The position numbers and the translations under genes are program-made. A stretch of 15,250 bases of DNA, taken from UHGV virus genome UHGV-1735045. The stretch is one strand, 5' to 3'. The notes below the pieces were generated by a model that ran no database searches, was not told the DNA's origin, and saw nothing but the letters and a program-made list of their open reading frames with translations. Numbering within the stretch: the first letter of the stretch is position 1; each line of letters starts with the position of its first letter. This document shows positions 7,755 to 15,250 of this stretch, in pieces. The DNA is from a virus.

Positions 7755-10312
7755 CGTCCACCTCCGGAGAACAGGCCACCATCACGCATCTGTGTCTGAA
7801 TTTCATCACGGGCACCCTTGCGGGCCATGTCATACACTGCCTTCATCATCTGTGGACCTGGCAGACCATTCGTACCGTCGTTCTGAATCACCACGTGATT
7901 GTTCTGATTAAAATTAATGCCTTCAGCCCGCCGCATCTGCGCCGGACTTCCGGCACCGCCCACATAACCACCTTCCGCATAGCCCCGCATCAGGCGGTAC
8001 AGGTTGCCGACACCAATCCGGCTGGTTGCCTCCTTCGTGAAGACAAATTCACCACGGTGAACAATCCCCGCTGGCTCATATTTGCCGCCGGTTCCCGTAA
8101 ATCCCCCGGTCGCAAAATGGAATTTCGCCGCAGCGGCCTGAATGGCTGTACCGCCTGACGCGGATGCTCCACCACTGGCAGCACCGCCAATGGCGCTGCC
8201 GATACTCCCGACAATCCCCACCATTGCCTGCTTAAGCAGAATTTCTGTCATCATGGACAGCACGGAACGGGTGAAGCTGCGCCAGTTCTGCTCACTGCCG
8301 GTCAGCATCGCCGCCATATTCTGTGCAATACCATCAAAGGTCTGCGTGGCTGCACTTTTAACCTGCGACATACTGTCCGTGGCGCTCTCTTCCCACTCAC
8401 TCCAGCCGGACTTCAGGCCTGCCATCCAGCTCCCGCGAAGCTGGTCTTCAGCCGCCCAGGTCTTTTTCTGCTCTGACATGACGTTATTCAGCGCCAGCGG
8501 ATTATCGCCATACTGTTCCTTCAGGCGCTGTTCCGTGGCTTCCCGTTCTGCCTGCCGGTCAGTCAGCCCCCGGCTTTTCGCATCAATGGCGGCCCGTTTT
8601 GCCCGTTGCTGCTGTGCGAATTTATCCGCCTGCTGCGCCAGCGCGTTCAGGTGCTCCTGATACGTGACCTTATCGCCAAGTGCAGCCAGCTGGCGTTTGT
8701 ACTCCAGCGTCTCATCTTTATGCGCCAGCAGGGATTTCTCCTGTGCGGACAGCTGGCGACGTTGCGCCGCCTCCTCCAGTACCGCGAACTGACTTTCCGC
8801 CTTCCACAAATCCCGGCGCTGCTGGCTGATTTTCTCATTCGCTCCGGCATGCTTCTCCAGTGTCCGGAGTTCTGCCTGAAGCGTCAGCAGGGCAGCATGA
8901 GCACTGTCTTCCTGACGATCGCCCGCAGACACCTTCACGCCGGACTGTTTCGGCTTTTTCAGCGTCGCTTCATAATCCTTTTTCGCCGCCGCCATCAGCG
9001 TGTTGTAATCCGCCTGCAGGATTTTCCCGTCTTTCAGTGCCTTGTTCAGTTCTTCCTGACGGGCGGTATATTTCTCCAGCGGCGTCTGCAGCCGTTCGTA
9101 AGCCTTCTGCGCCTCTTCGGTATATTTCAGCCGTGACGCTTCGGTATCGCTCTGCTGCTGCGCATTTTTGTCCTGTTGACTCTGCTGTTCAGCCTTCTTT
9201 CGGGCGGCTTCAAGCGCAAGACGGGCCTTTTCACGATCATCCCAGTAACGCGCCCGCGCTTCATCGTTAACAAAATAATCATCCTTGCGCAGATTCCAGA
9301 TGTCGTCCGCTTTCTTAAACGCAGCCTCTGCCTTAATCAGCATCTCCTGAGCGGTATCAGGACGACCAATATCCAGCACCGCATCCCACATGGATTTGAA
9401 TGCCCGTGCTGTCCTGTCTGCCCAGGTTTCCAGCGTGCCCATGTTCTCTTTCAGGCGTCGGGTCTGGTCATCAAACCCTTTCGTTGCGGCCTCGTTCGCC
9501 GCCTGCAATGCCCCGGCTTCATCGCCGGAACGCTGCAACTGAGCAACATACGCAATCTGCTCCGCCGTCACGTTATGGAACTGGCGCGCCATCGCTGTCA
9601 GCCCCGACGTCGGGTCAGTGGTCAGCTTCCCGAAGGCTTCAGCGACCTTGTCCACCTCCACGCCGGATGCAGAGGAGAAACGCGCCACACTCTGGCTGAT
9701 GGACGCAATCTGAGCCTCACCGCTTACCCCCGCCTTAACCAGCGCACTGAGTGACTCGCTGGTCTGGTTAAACGTCAGCCCTGCCGCCTGCCCGGCTCTG
9801 GACAGGACCAGCATACGATCTGCCGTCAGACCCGACTGATTACCGGAAAGGACCAGCGTTTTGTTGAAATCGGACAGGGTTGAGTTACCCTGATACCAGG
9901 CATACGCCAGCGCACCGGTCGCCACCGCCAGCGAGGTGGCCCCGACCATCGGCAGGGTGATCGCACCGGCAAGCCCCCGGAACATGGGGATCATCCCGCC
10001 GAAGGAGTCCTTCACCTGACCGCCCTGTTGCAGCAGGATCAGCCAGGGATTCTGACCACCGGCAAGCTGCGTGGCGATATCCGTAAACTGTGCGGGCAGG
10101 GTTCGCATGGCGGCTTTATACTGCCCGACGGAAATCCCCGCTTTCTGTGCAGCCAGCGCCTGTCGGCTCAGCGACTGTTCAACGACTGCCGCTGTTTTTT
10201 TCGCATCACTTTCCGTACCGGAAAAATGACGCCTGACTCTGGCCATCTGCTCGTCAAATCTGGCCGCATCCAGACTTAAATCAACGACCAGATCGCCTAC
10301 CGGTTCAGCCAT
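7751..10312 (-). CDS. H: Tail tape measure protein H, 853 aa
   Basis: ORF 7751..10312. Sequence MAEPVGDLVVDLSLDAARFDEQMARVRRHF... matches lambda gpH, with the same 2562-nt length. Long central coiled-coil-rich region and a C-terminal Gly/Ala-rich hydrophobic segment (MVGIVGSIGSAIGGAASGGASASGG). The start overlaps the T stop by 8 nt. Confidence 0.95.
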   Translation of the reverse strand: MAEPVGDLVVDLSLDAARFDEQMARVRRHFSGTESDAKKTAAVVEQSLSRQALAAQKAGISVGQYKAAMRTLPAQFTDIATQLAGGQNPWLILLQQGGQVKDSFGGMIPMFRGLAGAITLPMVGATSLAVATGALAYAWYQGNSTLSDFNKTLVLSGNQSGLTADRMLVLSRAGQAAGLTFNQTSESLSALVKAGVSGEAQIASISQSVARFSSASGVEVDKVAEAFGKLTTDPTSGLTAMARQFHNVTAEQIAYVAQLQRSGDEAGALQAANEAATKGFDDQTRRLKENMGTLETWADRTARAFKSMWDAVLDIGRPDTAQEMLIKAEAAFKKADDIWNLRKDDYFVNDEARARYWDDREKARLALEAARKKAEQQSQQDKNAQQQSDTEASRLKYTEEAQKAYERLQTPLEKYTARQEELNKALKDGKILQADYNTLMAAAKKDYEATLKKPKQSGVKVSAGDRQEDSAHAALLTLQAELRTLEKHAGANEKISQQRRDLWKAESQFAVLEEAAQRRQLSAQEKSLLAHKDETLEYKRQLAALGDKVTYQEHLNALAQQADKFAQQQRAKRAAIDAKSRGLTDRQAEREATEQRLKEQYGDNPLALNNVMSEQKKTWAAEDQLRGSWMAGLKSGWSEWEESATDSMSQVKSAATQTFDGIAQNMAAMLTGSEQNWRSFTRSVLSMMTEILLKQAMVGIVGSIGSAIGGAASGGASASGGTAIQAAAAKFHFATGGFTGTGGKYEPAGIVHRGEFVFTKEATSRIGVGNLYRLMRGYAEGGYVGGAGSPAQMRRAEGINFNQNNHVVIQNDGTNGLPGPQMMKAVYDMARKGARDEIQTQMRDGGLFSGGGR

Positions 10313-10739
10313 ACCGGACTCCTCCTGCGATCCCTTCTGATACTGTCATCAGCATTACGTCATCCTCCGTCATGCCCGCCATATCCGGGGAAGTAGGGAT
10401 AACTTCATTTCCGTCCGGGTCAAAACGAACGCCTCCGGCAAGCCCTGCCGCTTTCTGCATCAGCACATCATCTTCAGGCTCTTCGTCATCCTCACGCCGG
10501 TTCAGCAAACTGAAATCCAGCGGATGCATATCCGGATCGCTGAAAAACAGGCTGAGCACGGTGTACGTCAGCCCGGAAAAGTGCATATCCAGCAGAACAT
10601 CATGAAAATAATGGGTACTGTAAAAGCGGTGCCAGTCGGCATACTCCGTGGATGACATCCCGGCAAGCATGGCACGCCAGTCGGGTCGCCCCATCTCACG
10701 CGCCAGTTTCAGGGCAAAACTCAACTCACCGTCGAACGC
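10305..10739 (-). CDS. T: T portion of the tail assembly chaperone G-T fusion, expressed by -1 programmed frameshift from G (lambda-style annotation)
   Basis: The -1 frame relative to G is open from the slippery site to the stop at 10307-10305 and encodes ...FDGELSFALKLAREMGRPDWRAMLAGMSSTEYADWHRFYSTHYFHDV..., matching lambda gpT. There is no ATG start; the only in-frame start-like codon is a TTG overlapping the G stop. The 435-nt length equals the lambda T annotation. Confidence 0.85.
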   Translation of the reverse strand, partial: AFDGELSFALKLAREMGRPDWRAMLAGMSSTEYADWHRFYSTHYFHDVLLDMHFSGLTYTVLSLFFSDPDMHPLDFSLLNRREDDEEPEDDVLMQKAAGLAGGVRFDPDGNEVIPTSPDMAGMTEDDVMLMTVSEGIAGGVRYG

Positions 10740-11143
10740 TTTCCCGCAGAAACAGGCTCTGCAGGCCCGGCGTCCTCTGCCTGTTCAGGAGCATCATTCA
10801 CCACAAACTCATACATACCGGACAGCCGGTACACCACGTTTTCAGCATGAGAAATTGCCTCCGTGGGCCAGGTGGTAAGCACTTCCTGCTCAATCTGTTT
10901 AACGGCTTCATTCATGGAAGGCAGCTTTGTCTTCTGCGGATGGTTATGCCACAGGGACATCGCCACCACAAAAGCGCCGGTTCTGATGGCGTCTTCCACA
11001 GTAAACTTCCGGTTGCTGTCTGACTCCGCCTGTTCTGCCTGTCGTTTCATCAGGGCGAGATGCTCAATACGCTGCAGGGCTGACAGTTCAGAAAGCGTGA
11101 CGGTCACACCGTTATGTTCAAATGATTCGGTTTTCAGGAACAT
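10721..11143 (-). CDS. G: Tail assembly chaperone G, 140 aa
   Basis: ORF 10721..11143. Sequence MFLKTESFEHNGVTVTLSELSALQRIEHLALMKRQAEQ... matches lambda gpG. Length 423 nt as in lambda. SD GGAGAG lies upstream. Confidence 0.93.
   Translation of the reverse strand: MFLKTESFEHNGVTVTLSELSALQRIEHLALMKRQAEQAESDSNRKFTVEDAIRTGAFVVAMSLWHNHPQKTKLPSMNEAVKQIEQEVLTTWPTEAISHAENVVYRLSGMYEFVVNDAPEQAEDAGPAEPVSAGKRSTVS
10739..10745 (-). other. Programmed -1 ribosomal frameshift slippery heptamer G GGA AAG (G to G-T recoding site)
   Basis: Plus-strand CTTTCCC at 10739-10745 is GGGAAAG on the minus strand. In the G frame the codons are GGA (10744-10742) and AAG (10741-10739), 5 codons before the G stop. The -1 frame continues open into T. 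Confidence 0.8.
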
Positions 11144-11158
11144 CGCTGACTCTCCGGA

Positions 11159-11899
11159 TTAACTGCCGGTGACGGTGATTTCTGCAACCGCAGCAAGTTC
11201 ACCATTACCGGATACAACCGGAATGTTGACCTTGCCTGCAGCAACACCTTTCACGGTGATGGTCATACCACTGACCGACACGGTGGCTTTTGTTTTATCC
11301 GCAGACACCGCACGGAAGCTCTTGTCGGTTGCGCCCTCCGGCTGGAATGCCACGGTCAGCGTGATGCTCCGCCCTTTCACCACCGAAGTGCTGGCAGGCG
11401 TCACGGTCATGCCGGTTGCCGCTGTTACCGTGCTGCGATCTTCTGCCATCGACGGACGTCCCACGTTGGTGACTTTCACCGTGCGGGTGATCACTTCCTT
11501 CGCCGTCACCGCCTTACCGATACTGCTGACCCAGCCGCGGAACACATCGACCGTGCCGTTCGGGAAGCGGATTTTATAGGCACGGGTATCCCCTTTATTA
11601 AACCACGCCAGCAGCGCCTGCTGCCCCTGCTCTCCGGGCATCCACGCCAGCGTGAAGATGGTATCTCCGGCAGATTTCTGCCCCTGCCCGGTCGCAGTCC
11701 AGTCCGCATTTTCATCATCGAGATAGCTGTCGTCATAGGACTCAGCGGTCAGTTCGCCGGGCGTCAGGTCTTTAACCTTTGCCAGACGCGACCAGTCATT
11801 GTCTGAAAGCGGGTTTGCATAAGGGTCGCCGCTCCCGTTATAAACCCACAGTGTGGTCCCGGCCCCTTTCACCGGTGCCAGAGGATTTGGTGTTGGCAT
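11159..11899 (-). CDS. V: Major tail tube protein V, 246 aa, with C-terminal Ig-like (Big_2-type) domain
   Basis: The ORF-track frame is 11159..11929, but the lambda-equivalent start is the ATG at 11899 ([20 protein letters not shown]...), 8 nt after the U stop as in lambda. That gives 741 nt, the lambda V length. The C-terminal ~80 aa ([25 protein letters not shown]...) look like the Ig-like decoration domain. Confidence 0.9.
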   Translation of the reverse strand: MPTPNPLAPVKGAGTTLWVYNGSGDPYANPLSDNDWSRLAKVKDLTPGELTAESYDDSYLDDENADWTATGQGQKSAGDTIFTLAWMPGEQGQQALLAWFNKGDTRAYKIRFPNGTVDVFRGWVSSIGKAVTAKEVITRTVKVTNVGRPSMAEDRSTVTAATGMTVTPASTSVVKGRSITLTVAFQPEGATDKSFRAVSADKTKATVSVSGMTITVKGVAAGKVNIPVVSGNGELAAVAEITVTGS

Positions 11900-11906
11900 A
11901 TCGTCC

Positions 11907-12302
11907 TCACATTTCATAGGTAATGACATAAGTCAGATCGGCTGAACTCCACAGGCCCGCATCATCGTCGCGCCGGTAGTCATAGCCGCTGGCCACCATA
12001 CTGGTGATCAAATCTGACAGTGCCGGGATATCACTCATCACCGGATAAATCCGGGACTCCATCCACGCATCCAGCTCTGAATCCGGCACCTGAGCAGGCA
12101 GGAAAACTTCAATATGCAGCTCTGCCTGCCAGGTATCGCTGTCCAGCTCTTCGCCCGTGTATTCAGCGCCAGTGAGATAAACGGCAATTGCCGGAAAATC
12201 CGCCTCATCAAAAACAGCGGGGCGACCATCAAAAAGCGTCGCCCCGGTGTCATGCTTCTCCAGTGCATCCAGTACGGCTGCACGGAGTTCAGTATGTTTC
12301 AT
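11907..12302 (-). CDS. U: Tail terminator protein U, 131 aa
   Basis: ORF 11907..12302. Sequence [43 protein letters not shown]... matches lambda gpU. Length 396 nt as in lambda. ATGA overlap with the Z stop. Confidence 0.93.
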   Translation of the reverse strand: MKHTELRAAVLDALEKHDTGATLFDGRPAVFDEADFPAIAVYLTGAEYTGEELDSDTWQAELHIEVFLPAQVPDSELDAWMESRIYPVMSDIPALSDLITSMVASGYDYRRDDDAGLWSSADLTYVITYEM

Positions 12303-12874
12303 CGCTTTATCACAATCCTCAGTTGTTGTTTCAGCGCATAGCTCAGTTCTTTTGGCAGACGTTCTCGCCGGATACGGTTAACGTTCTCATCAAAAGCCTG
12401 TTTCAGTGGGACCGCCATCGGAATTTTCACCACCTGAATGGGAAGACGATTACGCTTTTTCCTTCCCTTATCGTCAGTGCCCTTCGCATACCGTGCTTCT
12501 GGCAGACGTTGCATAACATGCCAGCGTCCATTATTTAATCGCTGGATGAATGCCCGCTGATAACGATGCTGACCGGCTTTGAGTATGCTGTTCGGGCGAT
12601 GACCAAGCATCCTGATCCCCAGCTTAATAGCAGGGAGATCACCTCGGTTAACGATAATTTTTGCATTCGGATTTCTGACCGTAGCTCGTTTCAGTCTGGA
12701 TCGCTCTTTAACCAGTTTTCTCGGCACCCGGGTTTCACGGGCGACCTGAGACGAAGACTGATTAATCGCCGTTGCGGCCACGCGGTTAATGGCCATTGCT
12801 GACGCACTAGGCACCGCCGTTTTGCTGATACGGCTGAGGTTTTCAACGGCCTGCTCAAGACCTTTTATGGCCAT
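12299..12874 (-). CDS. Z: Tail completion protein Z, 191 aa
   Basis: ORF 12299..12874. Sequence MAIKGLEQAVENLSRISKTAVPSASAMAINRVA... matches lambda gpZ. It is one codon shorter than the lambda length I recall. Confidence 0.92.
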   Translation of the reverse strand: MAIKGLEQAVENLSRISKTAVPSASAMAINRVAATAINQSSSQVARETRVPRKLVKERSRLKRATVRNPNAKIIVNRGDLPAIKLGIRMLGHRPNSILKAGQHRYQRAFIQRLNNGRWHVMQRLPEARYAKGTDDKGRKKRNRLPIQVVKIPMAVPLKQAFDENVNRIRRERLPKELSYALKQQLRIVIKR

Positions 12875-12885
12875 ACACCCCCCTT

Positions 12886-13239
12886 TCAGCGACGACGGTT
12901 AACGGCAGGCGGTACGCCCCGTCCAAGCCAGAGATGACAGCTTCCGCCATCATCCGGCGTAACCCGATCTACCCAGAAGTTTTCCTCACCGATGGTCAGC
13001 GTGTCTCCGCGCCGCAGCTGCCGCACATCATCAGTCCGGACAAACAGGGACGGGCTGGAGCCTTCAACGCGCACGCCCTGTCCGGCATAGCTGATATTTT
13101 CAGGGTCATCAAAAACACCACGTATCACAGCACCGGACTGCTCACCGGATGTCATGGTGGCTGACGTTCCCATGTACCCGCGTATCGTTTCATCGGCGCG
13201 GGCAATAGCAGCATCGAACAGGTTATCGAAATCAGCCAC
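12886..13239 (-). CDS. FII: Head-tail joining protein FII, 117 aa
   Basis: ORF 12886..13239. Sequence MADFDNLFDAAIARADETIRGYMGTSATMTSGEQ... matches lambda gpFII. Length 354 nt as in lambda. 11-nt gap from the FI stop, as in lambda. Confidence 0.93.
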   Translation of the reverse strand: MADFDNLFDAAIARADETIRGYMGTSATMTSGEQSGAVIRGVFDDPENISYAGQGVRVEGSSPSLFVRTDDVRQLRRGDTLTIGEENFWVDRVTPDDGGSCHLWLGRGVPPAVNRRR

Positions 13240-13250
13240 AGCGCCTCCCG

Positions 13251-13637
13251 TTATTGCATTCTGGCCAGGCCACGCTCTGTCATTTCAGCTGCCACACCGG
13301 CAGAGACACGAAACGCCGTTCCCGGCAGCACAAATGCCACAGGTTCATCCCGCGTGGCGTGAAGTGCATCAGTATGCAGCGTCACCAGTGCCACAACCGT
13401 GACCAGATCAGCCGTATCAGTCACGGTATCCGGCTGCGCTGATACCACCTCATTTTCATGTCCGGTCAGCGCATTTTCCGGGCTGATAGGGGTATCCTGA
13501 TCGGCAGTGTCATCAAGCTCCTCTTCCAGCTCTGCCACACGGAGCGCCAGTTCTTCTTTCGTTCCCGTCAAACTGACATCGCGGTTCAGTTGCTCACCCA
13601 GCTCCTGAAGACGGGCAATCAGTTCATCTTTCGTCAT
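13251..13637 (-). CDS. FI: DNA packaging accessory protein FI, 128 aa
   Basis: The ORF track gives 13251..13676, but the start consistent with lambda is the ATG at 13637 (MTKDELIARLQELGEQLNRDVSLTGTKEELALRVAELEEEL...), preceded by a strong SD GGAGGAG. The 41-nt gap from the E stop equals the lambda spacing. The central acidic linker appears a few residues shorter than in lambda. Confidence 0.88.
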   Translation of the reverse strand: MTKDELIARLQELGEQLNRDVSLTGTKEELALRVAELEEELDDTADQDTPISPENALTGHENEVVSAQPDTVTDTADLVTVVALVTLHTDALHATRDEPVAFVLPGTAFRVSAGVAAEMTERGLARMQ

Positions 13638-13658
13638 GGACTCCTCCACAGAGAAACA

Positions 13659-13676
13659 ATGGCCCCGAAGGGCCAT
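13659..13676 (-). other. Stable RNA hairpin with UUCG tetraloop immediately after the E stop codon
   Basis: On the minus strand: ATGGCCC-TTCG-GGGCCAT (7-bp stem, UUCG loop). It starts 2 nt after the E TAA and is followed by UUGUUUCUCUGU and then the FI SD. Confidence 0.5.
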
Positions 13677-13678
13677 GA

Positions 13679-14704
13679 TTACGCCAGTTGTACAGACACG
13701 AACTCATCAGGGTCAGCCAGCAGCATCAGCGGTGCTGACTGAATCATGGTGAACTCACGCGCCGGATCGCCGGATGTCTTCCAGTTTTTCGGATAACGGG
13801 GAGACGCATTAATACCCTCACTCAATGCATCCGCATCCTGAATGCAGCCATAGGTGCGCAGACCGCGTGCATGAGTGTTACCCAGCACCATCGTGTTGTC
13901 CGGCAGGAAGTTCTTTTTGACGCCGTTTTCCACGTACTGTCCGGAATACACGACGATGGCCACATCGCCATACATTCCCTTATAAGACACCGCTTTGCCC
14001 AGGTCTTTCACCGCTGTCTCCAGCTCGGAATGAGAGCCGCGACGGGTATCCAGCTTATCCTTGACGGCCTTGAAGGAACGGAACAGCGCCCAGCCTTTCG
14101 GATCAAACACGATGATATTCACCACACCGCTGGCGTTCAGCGCGTAGGCTTCGATATCGTCGGTCGGGTCATACGTGGACTTGTCACGCTTGCTCCACGC
14201 CGTGCCGCCGGACTGCGTGATGTTGTTGGCCGCACTGCGGCCCATATCCACCTCAACCGGATCGAAGGCTTCACCGGTCATGGTGTATTTGCCCTTGAGC
14301 ACGGCAGAAACTGCCTGCATCTCTTCCACCTGGGCAATGGCCAGCTCTTCGTCACGCATGTTCTGCATGATGATGCGACGGCGACGGTAAGCCGGGTCCG
14401 CCAGATTCTGCGGATCTTCATCCGGCAGGCGACGCAGGGTCATCTGCGGATTCACTTCATGCTTGGGTTTGACATATCCCGGCGTAAATTCAGAGGTGGA
14501 GCCGCCACGGGAACGGATAACCTCACCGGAAACAATCGGCGAAACGTACAGCGCCATGTTTACCAGTCCAGGAATTTGTGAGAGATAGACTTTCTCTGTA
14601 GTGAAGGGATAGCTCTCACGGAAAAAGAGACGCAGAAACAGCGGATCAAACTTAAATTTCTGCTCATTTGCCGCCAGCAGCTGGGCGGTTGTGTACATCG
14701 ACAT
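13679..14704 (-). CDS. E: Major capsid protein E, 341 aa
   Basis: The ORF track gives 13679..14731, but the lambda-equivalent start is the ATG at 14704 (MSMYTTAQLLAANEQKFKFDPLFLRLFFRESYPFTTEKVYL...). That gives 1026 nt, the lambda E length, and a 55-nt D-E gap as in lambda. Confidence 0.95.
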   Translation of the reverse strand: MSMYTTAQLLAANEQKFKFDPLFLRLFFRESYPFTTEKVYLSQIPGLVNMALYVSPIVSGEVIRSRGGSTSEFTPGYVKPKHEVNPQMTLRRLPDEDPQNLADPAYRRRRIIMQNMRDEELAIAQVEEMQAVSAVLKGKYTMTGEAFDPVEVDMGRSAANNITQSGGTAWSKRDKSTYDPTDDIEAYALNASGVVNIIVFDPKGWALFRSFKAVKDKLDTRRGSHSELETAVKDLGKAVSYKGMYGDVAIVVYSGQYVENGVKKNFLPDNTMVLGNTHARGLRTYGCIQDADALSEGINASPRYPKNWKTSGDPAREFTMIQSAPLMLLADPDEFVSVQLA

Positions 14705-14717
14705 AAAAAAATCCCGT

Positions 14718-14738
14718 AAAAAAAGCCGCACAGGCGGC
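14718..14738 (-). terminator. Terminator-like hairpin plus U7 in the D-E intergenic region
   Basis: On the minus strand: GCCGC-CTGT-GCGGC followed by TTTTTTT (plus-strand A7 at 14718-14724), then ACGGGA and a second T7 run directly abutting the E ATG. Confidence 0.45.
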
Positions 14739-14759
14739 CTTTAGTGATGAAGGGTAAGC

Positions 14760-15092
14760 TTAAACGATGCTGATTGCCGTTCCGGCAAACGCGGTCCGTT
14801 TTTTCGTCTCGTCGCTGGCAGCCTCCGGCCAGAGCACATCCTCATAACGGAACGTGCCGGACTTGTAGAACGTCAGCGTGGTGCTGGTCTGGTCAGCATC
14901 AACCGCCAGAATGCCAACGGCAGTACCGTCGGTGGTGCCATCCCACGCAACCAGCTTACGGGTGGAGGTGTCCAGCATCAGCGGGGTCATTGCAGGCGCT
15001 TTCGCACTCAATCCGCCGGGCGCGGTTGCGGTATGAGCCGGGTCACTGTTGCCCTGCGGCTGGTAATGGGTAAAGGTTTCTTTGCTCGTCAT
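14760..15092 (-). CDS. D: Head decoration protein D, 110 aa
   Basis: The ORF track gives 14760..15098 (MFMTSKE...). The lambda-equivalent start is the second ATG at 15092 ([41 protein letters not shown]...), giving 333 nt as in lambda. A 9-nt gap from the upstream C/Nu3 stop also matches lambda. Confidence 0.95.
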   Translation of the reverse strand: MTSKETFTHYQPQGNSDPAHTATAPGGLSAKAPAMTPLMLDTSTRKLVAWDGTTDGTAVGILAVDADQTSTTLTFYKSGTFRYEDVLWPEAASDETKKRTAFAGTAISIV

Positions 15093-15101
15093 AAACATCC
15101 C

Positions 15102-15250
15102 TTACACTGGTGTGTTCAGCAAATCGTTAACGGCATCAGATGCCGGGTTACCTGCAGCCAGCGGTGCCGGTGCCCCCTGCATCAGACGATCCAGCGCAGT
15201 GTCACTGCGCGCCTGTGCACTCTGTGGTGCAACTGCCAGAATGCGGCGGG
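15102..15250 (-). CDS. C: C-terminal fragment of the head protease/scaffold frame (C and nested Nu3), partial; gene enters from beyond the window end
   Basis: Minus-strand frame is open from the window end to TAA at 15104-15102 and encodes ...RRILAVAPQSAQARSDTALDRLMQGAPAPLAAGNPASDAVNDLLNTPV. Position 9 nt upstream of D matches the lambda C/Nu3-D arrangement. Identified mainly by synteny; I cannot verify this C-terminal sequence from memory. Confidence 0.7.
   Translation of the reverse strand, partial: RRILAVAPQSAQARSDTALDRLMQGAPAPLAAGNPASDAVNDLLNTPV

Noticed and set aside
7493-10279. Series of plus-strand ORFs (7493..8158, 8142..8660, 8606..9136, 8860..9270, 9176..9754, 10028..10279) antisense to H
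   Set aside because: Antisense to the tape measure gene. Compositionally biased translations (Pro/Ala/Arg/Leu-rich) with no independent support.
10722-10724. TTG as an independent start codon for T
   Set aside because: T has no SD and is known in this family to be made only as a G-T fusion by -1 frameshifting. The ORF-track start is simply the first start-like codon after a stop in that frame.
11900-11929. Upstream extension of the V ORF ([10 protein letters not shown]...) starting at 11929
   Set aside because: It would overlap the last 23 nt of U. The ATG at 11899 gives the lambda V N-terminus (MPTPNP...) and the exact lambda V length and U-V spacing, so the longer ORF is a frame artefact.
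13638-13676. Upstream extension of the FI ORF (MALRGHCFSVEES...) and, analogously, the E (14705..14731) and D (15093..15098) ORF-track extensions
   Set aside because: The extensions lack an RBS, cover intergenic hairpins, and abolish lambda-like spacing. The internal ATGs with SD sequences give the known N-termini.
13871-14581. Plus-strand 236-aa ORF antisense to E
   Set aside because: Antisense to the major capsid gene. His/Arg-rich translation typical of a reverse-frame artefact.
1-15250. Search for CRISPR arrays, tRNA or rRNA genes, insertion sequences, att sites, or integrase/transposase genes
   Set aside because: No direct-repeat/spacer arrays, no cloverleaf-like tRNA candidates noticed in the short intergenic gaps, and no ORF without a lambda structural-gene assignment. 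Nothing to report.

Overview
This window is the reverse complement of a bacteriophage lambda-like late (head-to-tail) structural module, almost certainly a lambdoid phage or prophage of an enterobacterium. All genes are on the minus strand. In transcription order (high to low coordinate) they are: the 3' end of C/Nu3, D, E, FI, FII, Z, U, V, G, the G-T frameshift extension, H, M, L, K, I, J, lom, and the 5' 306 codons of stf. Identifications rest on my recognition of the lambda protein sequences from memory and on lambda-like gene lengths and spacings; no database search was run. From D through I, gene lengths and spacings match what I recall of lambda exactly or to within a codon or two (FI, Z). 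The exceptions are the distal part of J, which is 100 codons longer than lambda J with a divergent C-terminal receptor-binding region, and lom, whose N-terminal two-thirds diverges. Every stretch of the window is accounted for by these genes or short intergenic hairpins, so I find no inserted cargo and no evidence of a novel defence or other undescribed system. The points most worth a second look are the J mosaic, the lom variant bracketed by terminators, the ambiguous start of K, and the conserved RNA hairpins between D/E and E/FI.
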